64,000 nt of DNA from Isurus oxyrinchus (Eukaryota), in assembly GCA_026770705.1 (NCBI GenBank), contig JANJGN010000026.1, positions 37,944,001-38,008,000 of the forward strand, in the 5' to 3' direction. The translations under genes and the position numbers were made by a program. Of the stretch, positions 37,181 to 48,240 are shown in pieces (position 1 is the first letter of the stretch; each line of letters starts with the position of its first letter). The notes beneath the pieces were generated by a model that was given only the letters and a program-made list of their open reading frames with translations, was not told where the DNA came from and ran no database searches.

Positions 37181-38150
37181 ATTGAAGAAAGTATCATTCA
37201 AATGTGCTTTTTTAACGGGCATATCCTTCAGCATGAAAACAAAAATTGCTGGAAAAACTCAGCAGGTCTGGCAGCATATGTGGAGAGAAAGACAGAGTTA
37301 ACGTTTTGAGTCCGAATAACTCTTCTTCAGAACTAAAGAGAAGTAAAAATGTGGTGAAATATATACTGTTTAAGTGGGGTGGGACAGATGAAGCTGGATA
37401 GAAGGCCAGTGATAGGTGGAGGCAAAGGAGAGATTGCGAAAAATGTCATAAACAAAAGGTCGAAGGGGTATTGATGGTGGTGATACTGTTTAAAGGAGGT
37501 GCTAATGGTGACATTAAGGGTAGGAAGCAGGATGAGCAAGTGACAGGTGGCCCTAGTGGGAAAAAAGATCAAAAAAGGCTAAAAGGTGGAGATAAAACAA
37601 TGAATGGAAATAAATTTTAAAAGGAATAATAATAGAAATAGATGGGAAAAAATATATGAACAACATCGCCTGGCAATTGCCTCGATTACATAATGACCCG
37701 ATAAACACACTGAAACAATGTTCTTACTGAGAAAACTGATTTAAGTTAATGACACACCAAACATTCCCATCATAAATAGACAAACAAGATGGGAACTCAC
37801 ATCTGAGCTTTTAAAAAGCAACGTTCACAGTTTCCAAATAAGTAGCTCAGTGAATCTCTTTCAATATCCATCATAATATTCTCCAATAATGGATCGTACA
37901 AAATTGTTGGAAAATAAACTGATGCTGAAGAAAAGTTGCCACATTTTCCGACATGGGCTGTATGAGGAATTTAAAGGAGAGATAGTTAGTGAGATAGGTT
38001 ACTGAGATTCACGAACTTAACAGCATATATAGATTGAACATTAAATTAGAGAATGCATTAATAACTTAGGAAAGAGTAAAGAGAATATTGAAGAAGATAT
38101 CCTAGACTAGTAAACAATCTAATTGTATTTCCTCGGCTATATCCTCATAG

Positions 38151-38278
38151 ATTCCACAGACCGCACCTGGATTGAAGACTCTGAGGATGATAACAGCAAC
38201 ATCTGGACAACCGCTTCCACGTTCATCATCCTGTTCTTCCTGAGCATTTTCTACAGCACTGCCGTCACTCTGGCGAAG
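38151..38278 (+). CDS. IGHM: IgM transmembrane exon TM1
   Basis: (D)STDRTWIEDSEDDNSNIWTTASTFIILFFLSIFYSTAVTLAK. CART-type TM motif, acceptor CTCATAG|, donor AAG|GTGAG at 38279. Confidence 0.96.
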
Positions 38279-38416
38279 GTGAGAAGATTCAATCCACTCA
38301 CACATCAAACTGACAGAAGCAGTTTGAAAAATCTCTCAATGTTTCTTTGATTAGAACTCTAACATAAATGTCCCAGATCATAAACATCTGCTTCATTATT
38401 TTATCCTTTTTTTCAG

Positions 38417-38425
38417 ATCAAGTGA
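38417..38425 (+). CDS. IGHM: IgM TM2 exon coding part (IK*)
   Basis: Acceptor TTTTTTTCAG|ATC AAG TGA. Downstream AATAAA at 38842-38847 and 38878-38883. Confidence 0.88.
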   Translation: MK

Positions 38426-39027
38426 TCGGTTGCATTTTGGACACCGTAGACTTTCCTCGGCTGTTTACTGAGATTTCTGTATTACGAATTTAAAATATGC
38501 CCTTTTGGTGCCTCTAAAAATGAAATACATTCAGTTTATGTTTCTGAATCTGTAAATGAGACAATCATGGACGGTATTTCAATGTTTCTGTTTGAAATGC
38601 GCAAGGTATTTATGACTGTATTGAAATTATGGCTTATAATTTCCCTTTACTTTGAATTCACTGTGTAAATAAGTAACTTTCCTCGTTCCTCATTCACATT
38701 TATTACGTTCTCTTCATGTTGAGCTCCTATTTTCTCTTCCTGGTGTCTGTTACTGTTGTACATATAGTTGGCAGCTCAGAGCTAATGTGCTCTGTTCTCA
38801 GTGTGACTTTCAGTCGTTGTATTAATTTCAATTCACTTTGAAATAAACTTTTCTGTCAAATGTTCTCTGAAAATGTTAATAAATCGTGAATGTGAAATGA
38901 ACTGGCTTTTGCTGAACTCCTTCCTCCAAGACCCATCAACACTGCTCCTTCTACCCCATTACACGGTTTTCCTATCTTTCCCAGACAGGTATTTTTCACC
39001 AGTCCTGTCTGGGATGTGTTTGAACCC

Positions 39028-39335
39028 AAAACAAAAACAAGAATACCTTGAAAAACTCAACAGGTCTGGCAGCATCTGCGGAGTGGAGCACAGTTAATGT
39101 TTCGAGTCCGTATGACTCTTCAACAGAACTAAGGAAAAATAGAAAAGAGGTGAAATATAAATCTAACCAGCTTCCAGTTCACCTCTTTTCTATTTTTACT
39201 TGGTTCTGTTGAAGAGTCATACGGACTCAAAACGTTAACTGTGCTCCTCTCCGCAGATGCTGCCAGAGCTGCTGAGTTTTTCCAGGTACTTTTGTTTTTG
39301 TTTTGGATTTCCAGCAGCCGCAGTTTTTTGCTTTT
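39028..39335. mobile_element. Short palindromic element built from two inverted Penelope-like terminal repeats
   Basis: About 39030-39155 is the reverse complement of about 39178-39305, separated by roughly 20-25 nt. Confidence 0.75.
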
Positions 39336-39649
39336 ATCTTTGCGTTTGAACCCAAGGCCCTTTAGTGAAAGAGTCACTGCGCCACCCAGCGACCCATCGG
39401 TGTTAATACACTTTCCTTCTGCCTTTTTATGGCAAACTCCAGAGGCAGAATGATTGCAGAGCGAGGGGAATCTCGGTGATTTCACTCCTACTCAGCTCTG
39501 TCACAGTCGCATGTCAGGTAATTGTAAACAGCAGGGATCTGCTTCATCAGAGGTCCATACAGGACAGCATATGGAGGACGGAAGTTTCCTTTGCACTGCC
39601 CCATCAAACACTCCCAGGGTCAGTGCAGCAGGGGTTAGATAGGGAGTAA

Positions 39650-39975
39650 AAGTTTTTTTCTCTCTTTACCCTTTCATGAGATGTGGGTGTCACTAGCAAG
39701 ACCGCCCCGAACAGGCCGGCTTCCGAGGCCGTTTCAGAGGGCAATTAAGTGTCAGTCACATTGCTGTGGACCTGGAATCACATGTCGGCCAGGCCGGATA
39801 AAGGTGGCAGATTTCCTTCACTAAAAGATATTAGTGCAGTAGATGGGTTTTAACGACAATTGGTGATAGTTGTCATGGTCACCATCACTGAGACTAGCTT
39901 TCAATCCCAGGTTTTAATAATTTAATTCACATTCCAGCAGCTGCCATGTTGGGATTTGAACCCATGCGCCCAGAG
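39650..39975 (-). mobile_element. tRNA-derived SINE copy
   Basis: GGGATTTGAACCC head (reverse strand) and the conserved body and tail. Confidence 0.75.
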
Positions 39976-40304
39976 CATTCACCTTGTCCAATTAAACACT
40001 CACAAGGCAGAGACGTCACAGTCCATCTTCTCAAAGCAATTAGGGATGGGTAATAAATGCTGGCCAAGACAGCCACGCCCACATCACACAAATGAATAAC
40101 AAAAAATACATATATAAGGCTGACAGGATAGTTGACATAAACTACGGGATAATTCCGAGAAACTAGGGCCGATCTGACACAGACACATTATCGAGCAGTA
40201 ATCCTGCAAATTATTACCACAGTTTGGGCTTTGTCAGGAATACCAGAGGGCACAAATCGTGGAAATTCCCAGACTCTGCTGCCTGCCTGATGCAACAAAC
40301 AACT

Positions 40305-40760
40305 AAATTCACTGAACATCACCCCAAGGATCATCTCTCCCTGCTCCATTCCCTCTGATATCATCCTCCTAAACTCACTGAACATCACCCCAGGGATCCT
40401 CTCTCCCTGCTCCATTCCCTCTGATACCATCCTCCTGAACTCACTGAACATCACCACAGAGATCCTCTCTCCCTGCTCCATTCTCCCTGATACCATCCTC
40501 CTGAACTCACTGAACATAACCTCAGGGATCCTCTCTCTCTGCTCCATTCTCCCTGATATCATCCTCCTGGGCGCACTAAACATCACCCCAAGGATCCTCT
40601 CTCCTCCCTCCATTCCTCTGTGACCATCCTCCTGAACTCACCGAACATCACCACAGGGATCCTCTCTCCTTGCTCCATTCCCTCTGACACCATCCTCCTG
40701 ATCTCACGGAACATCTCCCCAGGCATCCTGTCTCCCTGCTCCATTCCCTCTGATACCTGT
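40305..40760 (+). repeat. 66-bp minisatellite, about 7 copies
   Basis: TCACTGAAC at 40309, 40375, 40441. This explains the 22-aa periodic ORF 40188-40613. Confidence 0.9.
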
Positions 40761-40924
40761 TCTGACCAAAATCTTCAACTCTTACTCCACTGATTCTGGC
40801 AGAGGCTGTTATGCCTTTTCAGTTTTTAACCAATAATAAAATAACTCTGTTTAAGCAGCGTGGACATGTGCAAAGAACCCACATTCCTAGACCTCAAATC
40901 CAACCCAGGCCATGGCGGTAAAAG

Positions 40925-41230
40925 TTTTTTATTTTAAATTTATTCATGAGACGTGGACGTCGATGACTGAGCCAGCATTTATTGCCCACTTCTATTTCAG
41001 AGGGCAACTAAGAGTCAACCACATTGCTGTGAGTCTGGAGGCACATGTAGGCCAGGCCAGGTAAGGATGGCAGATTTCCTTCCCTAAAGGACGTCAGTGA
41101 AACAGATGGGTTTTTACCAGCAATGGTTCCTGGTCATCGTTAGACTTTTAATTCCAGATTTTAATGAATTCAGATTCCACCATCTGCCGTGGCAGGAATC
41201 GAACCCAAGTGCCCAGAGCATTATCATGGG
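40925..41230 (-). mobile_element. tRNA-derived SINE copy
   Basis: Same family; GGAATCGAACCC head on the reverse strand. Confidence 0.75.
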
Positions 41231-41714
41231 AAATAATTGACTGATATCAAATTCCTCCACTTTCATGTTACTTCTTTTAACTCCTAATCTCCATCGCAGA
41301 CATTTCCAATTCTATTTAATACCCACGTAGAACTTTAACTCATTCCATTGATTGTGACGACTTGCCCTGTATTTAATGTCCTGATAAAGACAAGAATTCG
41401 TGCTCGAATAAAAACAATGGGCGCTGAAGTTCTCAACAGACCTGGCAGCATCTGTGGAGACAGAAACAGAGTTCATGCTTCCAATCCATATGACTCTTCT
41501 TCAGAACTGAAGGGAGGTAGAAATGTGTTGGGTTTTCTGCTGCTGACGAGGTTGGGTGGAGCAGCTGGAGCAAAATAGAAGATCAGGGATAGGTTGGAGG
41601 TCAGGAGAGAATAAATGACAAAAATGCCATAGAACACAAGTCAAAGGGAATGGTAATGATAGTATTAAAGACGAAAGTATGTATTAATATTTTTTTAAAA
41701 GGTCAGCACTGACT

Positions 41715-42010
41715 GGAGGGAAGGCAGTGGTATTGTCACTGGACTGAGACTCCATTCCAGAGACCACCTGTGATGCTCTGAGGACCCGCGTTCGAATCCC
41801 ACCATGGCAGATGGTGAAATTTGAATTCAATAAAAATATGGAAAGAAATCATTGTCAATTGTTGTAAAAAAAAAACCCATCTGGTTCACTAATTCCCTTT
41901 AGAGAAGCAAGTCTACCGATATGTGACCCCAGGCCCATAGCAATGTTACTGAGTCTTGCAGATGCCCTCTGAACAAAGGCAGGGCCACATCCCATGAACA
42001 AATAAAAAGA
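41715..42010 (+). mobile_element. tRNA-derived SINE copy
   Basis: GGCAGTGGTATTGTCACTGGACT...GTTCGAATCCC head (A/B-box-like). Confidence 0.75.
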
Positions 42011-42019
42011 AAGGAAACA

Positions 42020-42600
42020 AGATGAAAGAACGTGTTAATAGCAGAAAAAGTGTCAGCGCTGTCTTAAAGCAAAACATGAGAACAAGATGCAGACTGGCAG
42101 TTGGGGGTGAGGTAGAGGCTGCGGGGAATCGAAAATGGAGGAAATAGTTCATTGCCTGAAGTTGCTGAACTCAGTGTTGAGTCCAGAATGCTGGAGAGTG
42201 CTTAATGAGAAGATGAGGTGTTGTTCCTTTAGTTGGCGTTGGGCTTCACTGGAACATTGTAGAAGGCTCAGGGCAGAAATGTGAGCATGCGAGCGAGATG
42301 GTGAATTGAAATGACAAGTGACAGGCAGATCTGCGTCATGCTTGCAGACTGTGTGAAGGTGTTCCACAAAGCGGACGGTCAGTCTGTGATTATTCTCCCC
42401 AGCGTACAAGAAACCACGTTGTGAGCAGTGAATACAATAGCCTGAATTGTAAAAAGTGCAAATAAATCTCCGCTTCACCTGGAAGGAGTGTTTGGGGTCT
42501 TGGGCGGTGAGGAGGGAGTAGGCAAAGGGGCAGGTGGTACACCTCCTGCGATTGCAGGCAATGTGCTGTGAGAAGGGGATGAGGTGTAAGGGATGAAAGA
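42020..42600 (-). mobile_element. Penelope-like GIY-YIG fragment
   Basis: ORF 42149-42478: GYCIHCSQRGFLYAGENNHRLTVRFVEHL...LPVTCHFN...QRQLKEQHLIF. Confidence 0.8.
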
Positions 42601-42645
42601 CTTTTTCGAATCAGTAATTTGTTTCTGGTTGTGATATTTGCACAG

Positions 42646-42711
42646 CAGCAAGACCGGGAATCAAACCTGGGCAATGAGAGCATCGAATCCTAACCATTAG
42701 GTCACCAGAGT
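42646..42711 (-). pseudogene. tRNA-Glu(CTC) pseudogene
   Basis: Reverse complement CTCTGGTGACCTAATGGTTAGGATTCGATGCTCTCATTG--CCCAGGTTTGATTCCCGGTC aligns to vertebrate tRNA-Glu(CTC) with a ~5-nt deletion and broken stems. Confidence 0.7.
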
Positions 42712-44160
42712 TTTTGTGTCATATCTTGTTTAGCAAATTCAGCTGTCAACTCAAACATTGGTGGTTTGACACCATCTAGGGCCAGTAGATTCTTTCTATT
42801 CCTGCTTGTACTGATATTACCGACACAGTTCTGCTTTGTGTCCTTTGGCCACAAGGAAATGTTGTCCAAACTTTGCCAGTCCTGCTGTTATCCAGTAAAT
42901 TCCCAGATAAATAGTTTTCTGAATATTTATTTCAAAGAAAATGAGATAAATTACATCAAACATGTGCATAACATCCAAGCTGTTGGAAAGTAACAAATAG
43001 AAATTTATTCTGTGATTGCACTATAGAACTGGAACACACCATCGCACCGCGTGAATCCACTGTCAGTTTAGATGTTGCTCTGTGAAAATTTCAATCATCT
43101 TTGACTTTGTGGCATTTGGGCACTGAGTCAGTAAGCAATCTGGACTCAAGGAGCATGCAAACATATGAACTCGGAGCAGGAGTAGGCCACTCGGCCCTTC
43201 AAGCCTGCTCCGCCATTCAGTAAGATCACAGCTGATCTGATTGTAACCTGCTGCTGACCCCAATAACCTTTCACCCCCTTGTTGATCAAGAATCAATCTA
43301 GCTCTGCCTTAAAAAGATTCAAAGGCTCAGCTTCCATTCCGTTTTGTAGAAGAGTTCCAAAGACTTACGACCCTCTGGGAGAAAAAATTCTCCTCACCTC
43401 TGTTTTAAGTGAGCGACCCTTTATTGTTGAACAGTGGCCCCTTATTCTAGATTCTCCCACAAGTTTTGAAAGTTTGGTATGAAATTAGCTGCACAAATAC
43501 ATTTTTTTGTTCAAAAACTGCATCAGAATCTCGATTCCAACTCTTCATATCATTGGATCAGGGAAAGTCCCACAAAAGGAAACATCTTCTCCACATGTCA
43601 AGGCCTCTCAGGATCTGAAAGATTTCGATCAAGTCACTTCTTAGTCTACTCAACTCCAGCGGATGGAAGCTGAGCCTGCCCAGCCTTTTGTCATAAGACA
43701 AGGGCAATTAGGGATGGGCAATAAATGCTGACGTAGGCAGCGACGCCCTCATCCCATGAAGAATATAAAAACAAAGGCCTGGCTATTCTTGGTATTAGTC
43801 CAGTAAACCTTCTCTGAACTCATTCTAATGCATGTACATCTTTCCGTAAATAAGTAGGCCAATACTCTACACAATACTCCAGACATAGAATCACCAGTGT
43901 CCTGTATAATTGAAGCATGACTTCCTTACTTCAATCCCCCTCACAGTCATGATAACGTTCTATTAACTTTCCTAATTACTTGTCGTGTCTAAATAGTTCA
44001 GATTTTAAAAATTCATTTAGGGCCTTCTGACTAGCTTCACATATCCCGAAACTCCACTCCATGTGCCATCTTTGTTACTCTGACCTGTCTAAATCTCTTT
44101 GCAGCCTATCTGTGTCCCCCCAGCAGTTTCCACCACTTTTATCAGCTAAACTTTAATTTC

Positions 44161-44233
44161 AGGCACTAGCAAGGATGGACCTCACAACTCCTGGTTTACA
44201 ATATCAGTGTTTTAACTACTGAGCTATGCTAAT
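44161..44233 (-). pseudogene. tRNA-Thr(TGT) pseudogene
   Basis: Reverse complement ...CATAGCTCAGTAGTTAAAACACTGATATTGTAAACCAGGAGTTGTGAGGTCCATCCTTGCTAGTGCCT aligns to vertebrate tRNA-Thr(TGT). The T-loop/B-box is degraded. Confidence 0.75.
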
Positions 44234-44621
44234 GGCTCCAGTGGGTAGATAAAGACCAATCTCCTCTTGCAACTTTTAAGCTAACTGTTATTCTCTGTAC
44301 CATTTACCATGAAGATACATGACGAAAGTGAATAAAGTTTGCGATGGTAAAAATGGGTTTACCCTCAGGGAACTGAATCACATTGACACACGGCGAGGAA
44401 CACACACAGACATAGACAACGAGAGTGGCAGAGGCGTAAGGAGAGGCAAACATCCAGAAAGAATGGATATCACCAAATAGTCTCTGTTTTTGTTACACTT
44501 CTGGCTGCAAATTTGGTGAATGCTTGCAGTTGAACGGAAATGAAAAAGACAGAGAAACGCATGAAGGATTTTGAGTCAATTTAATTGATAATTAGTTCTG
44601 CAAATCAAGAGTAGTGAGAAA

Positions 44622-44704
44622 TGCAGTGTGGTAGGATTTGCACTTGTATCAGGAAACTCCAGAAGCTTTCAAGCCAATTACCTTAACCACTCAGCCCTGT
44701 ACAC
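44622..44704 (-). pseudogene. tRNA-Ser(TGA) pseudogene
   Basis: Reverse complement GGGCTGAGTGGTTAAGGTAATTGGCTTGAAAGCTTCTGGAGTTTCC...AAATCCTACC resembles tRNA-Ser(TGA) with a long variable arm. Confidence 0.65.
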
Positions 44705-44908
44705 AAGGACCAGGTTCATGGTCTGTGCGTGAAATCATACAATGGTTCAGCAGAGAATGAAGGGCGACAAGCCGACCTATTCCTGCCTGCCCTATAATTC
44801 CACCTGTGTCTCCTCGATCCTTCCGCCAGAATAGAGCACTGCACACGTCCCGAGCGCACACTGAAGGATTTGGCTAAATTGACTGAGAAGGTGAATCTTC
44901 TAAAAAGT

Positions 44909-44991
44909 TGGCAGTGGTGGGATTCGAACCTACGCCTCCATAAGAAACTGGAGCCTAAATCTAGTGACTTAGACCGCTAGGCCACACTACC
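44909..44991 (-). tRNA. tRNA-Leu(TAG), best preserved copy, probably a pseudogene
   Basis: Reverse complement GGTAGTGTGGCCTAGCGGTCTAAGTCACTAGATTTAGGCTCCAGTTTCTTATGGAGGCGTAGGTTCGAATCCCACCACTGCCA, followed by a TTTTT Pol III terminator. Acceptor stem intact; single mismatches in the D, anticodon and T stems. Confidence 0.8.
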
Positions 44992-46332
44992 ACAACAAAA
45001 TGCCATTCCCTTGACTGAAATGAAAAAAAACAAAATACAGACAGAATCAATCTCCTCTTGCCTGTTTCCAACCTGCTTTTTCTTTCTGAATCTTTTTACT
45101 ACGAAGGTGCACAACTAATGTGAATGAAGTTTTGGATGGTAAAAATCCCCTCGCGGAACTGAACCACATTGATATATTCCAGATCCGAACCACTCACTGT
45201 GCAAAACAGAAGCCCCTTTAAAATTATAACCATTATTTTGTTTCCTCTCCTCTCTGAACAAAATGAATCACTTCACACGTCCTTACATTAAATTTCAGTT
45301 GCCACTTGTCCGTCCAAATGGATTTGTTGAAGAGCCCGAAAGGAAAACCGACTCAAACTGGGAATGAAAGAGTGAGAATGAAGGAAGAGAAGTGACGGGT
45401 TTTGTAGATCACGGGAGAAAGAGACTCCAGGATCAGTTCATTGTGACAGTTCACACAGCAACAAGGAAACAACATTCCCTGATGAGGGCCAAACCTGGGC
45501 AGCAGGAATGGGAGCACCGCATAACAGCGTGTTTAGTTAAAACACAGAAGACTTGTTCAGCTAATAACTGCATCGAGTGTGTTCGACATGAACATGAAGT
45601 GAACAGTGAGGGGAAACAAGCTGCGGATGTACAACTTTCAATTTCCAAAACCAACCAACAGAATCAATGCGCCTCTCCTGAAACTTTCAAGGCAAATATT
45701 GATCCTTTATAAGGTGCCGTCCCCAGAACTATCCACAGTCCTTCAGGTGTGACCTAACCAGGGCTTTGTGTAGCTGCAGCAAACCTTTCCCTCTTTTCTA
45801 TAACAGCCTCTGTCACAGGGTGCAGAGCAAGGGAAATTAGATTATATAGATCGACTGAGAAAACTGAGGAACATGCTTGATCTCAATAAACTTACTTTGA
45901 AAGTTTGGTATGAAATCAGCTGCATAAATACAATTTTTGTTTCAAAAACTATATGAGAATCTCGAGTCCAACTCTTGATGTCATTGGGTCAGGGAAACTT
46001 TGTTAATGATCACACAGTGCGCATGGGCACTGCAGAAACTCCTGCACCTCTTTCAATATTGTTTCTCTTCACCTGGAGTTTTCAAAAGCGAGTTTGATTA
46101 TGACTTGAGAGGGGGAAAAATCAAGGTTATGGAAAGATATCATAGACACGATGGGCCGAATTGTCTCCTAAAACACTTTGTCATTTTATTATGACATTGT
46201 TGGATCGTATCTCCAGCATTCCTATTTATAGCAGCTGAATTTCATTTCTTCAAAACAAAGATCCGAAGTGCCGCTGCATGACTGCACAGGTTAACATTGT
46301 GGGCAGGTCCACTAAAAGTTTAACTGTGCATT

Positions 46333-46405
46333 GTTTCTGCGGTGTAGTGGTTATTACATTTGTCTAACACTCCACAGGTTCCTGGTTTGAAACTCGGCAA
46401 ATATA
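46333..46405 (+). pseudogene. tRNA-Val(AAC) pseudogene
   Basis: GTTTCTGCGGTGTAGTGGTTATTACATTTGTCTAACACTCCACAGGTTCCTGGTTTGAAACTCGGC aligns to vertebrate tRNA-Val(AAC). The anticodon stem is broken. Confidence 0.75.
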
Positions 46406-48113
46406 AAGGCATTGTCAACCATCCTTTTGCTTTGTTAAGTGTGAAGGGAAGTCCACTAATTCACTTGTCATACAGCCACGTGACTCCTCTTGTCCAGGTG
46501 AAGAGCATCCAACAAAATAAAAACAGCCGCCATTCCGCCACACACGAACCAGCAAAAGTTATTAAACATTTTCAACCGTCACTCAGCAGACATATTAGCA
46601 GTTTGATCGGTCAACAAAAAAGAAAGGATTGGGATGCGGATTATTGCTGCGGATGAACAAAGAGTGGCTAATAGTAATGTGTGTTCCTAAAGACAGACAC
46701 AAGCAACACTGTTACTGAAACTGAGGAAATGGCAGACATGCTACATATTCACTTTGCATCGGTCTTCAAAACAGAGGGAGGGGCAAAATTACCAGGGAGA
46801 CAAGGAAACCGAGGCTCCGTGGCAGGTCTGGTGACACCCCTCCTTTCTTAGTCAGTAGGGAAAGAAGAGACATGAATGGGATTTAGGCGCCAGAATATAA
46901 AAGATGCCATGAGCCTATGTGAAAGAAGAGCAGGGGAGATCTCCCCGCTGACGTGGTCAATGTTTACTCCTCAATCAACTGTTTCCATGTATCCACAATG
47001 AATGTCCCACCCTTTTGTTTGGAAGAATGAAACTTTTGGGAACAATTGCTAATGTGGTAGCAACCATCTGAAGTTTTAAGTGGGTATCTTGCCAGATTGC
47101 TTTGCATCAGTTTCTGTGGTGCAATTGTTCAGTATTTGACTGTTTGGTTGGTGGTGCAAGTCCATCCACCGTGGAGTTTTCACTTCATCAACATTCATTC
47201 CCCCACAGCTCTGGGTTGTCAGGGTCCACTTTACCATCAAGAAAATATGTCAAAATCGAGGCAAGTGCTTCTGTTATTTAGTGAATTCCCACGCAAGCAA
47301 TTTTTTTGTCATGTATATCCACGTCAAGTTTAATGAGAAAATGATTCGACCAACCATGTATCTATATCTAACCCATTAGAAATCTACGAAGTTATTGGAA
47401 TCAAATAAACCCATTCGCTCCTCCTCCTCTAGCTCCACAGTGAGTGAGACAGTGAAAAGCAGGAAAACAGCAATGTTCCAATCTCCAATCTCCAATCACC
47501 CGCTGCCAGCAGAAAGCGGTGACTGCAGCTTCATTCAGTAGGTTACTGCCCTCCCCTGGGTCGCAAGATGCTCCAACCCGGGCTAAACCTCTCAATACAT
47601 CAAACACAATCTCAGGGAAATGCAGGTAGATTATATCCTGGTCACTAAACCTCTGAGCATCATTTACAGAATACCCGAGTGAGTGGGTCACAAATAAAAA
47701 CAATGACAACTTTCTCAATCTTTTCACTGCAAAATTACTCCCTTTTGTTTCGAAGCTGACTGTCATGGATCTGAAAATGAGAACCATGGGATTTGTGTTA
47801 CCGACTGACTTGTTTTCCATTGTTTGTCCAATAGGTTTGCAACACAATTTATGTTGGATATTGAAGAGGATCTGATTTCAAAATGTGATTATAAAGCAGG
47901 TAAATATTGAATCCAGGAACAAATCCTGAGGAAACTGGATCACAATGTTTGGAAGGAGGTGCGGCTGAGAAGCAGACGCTGTGAATGATGTTATTGATGA
48001 TTGATGGGAAAGCATTGGACCCTTGGGCTTCTGGTGGTCAATTTCCTTCTCTACCATTGCAGTCAGACAGTTATCTCGCTGTGACAAGGGATATGGACAT
48101 GTCATCACCACAT

Positions 48114-48180
48114 GTCCCACTAGCTCAGTCGGTGGAGTTTGAGATCTTGAAACGTCCTCAGTTTGAGCCATTCCTCCAAG
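48114..48180 (+). pseudogene. Possible heavily decayed tRNA-Lys(CTT) remnant
   Basis: CTAGCTCAGTCGGTGGAGTTTGAGA resembles the tRNA-Lys 5' half. The 3' half is poor. Confidence 0.35.
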
Positions 48181-48240
48181 GTATCACGGTACTCAAAGTA
48201 AGTCATTCTCCAGCACGCTATTATTCATATCACAATTAAG

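Noticed and set aside
18807-38425. IgNAR, IgW or germline-joined IgM identity
   Set aside because: It has a conventional VH, four C domains with an IgM-type tailpiece and TM, an intact Cmu2, and unjoined V, D and J with full RSS.
40188-40613. 22-aa repeat protein
   Set aside because: Translation of the 66-bp minisatellite, with no splice or promoter support.
41715-41820. SINE heads counted as tRNA genes (also 13394, 39960, 41200)
   Set aside because: They continue into a shared SINE body and LINE-derived tail and do not form a full cloverleaf.
42720-42790. Additional tRNA remnant (Ile-like 3' end)
   Set aside because: Similarity too short and weak to support.
47401-47847. 148-aa ORF as a novel gene
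   Set aside because: No recognisable domain or exon context; it sits among decayed repeats and may be an old retroelement fragment.
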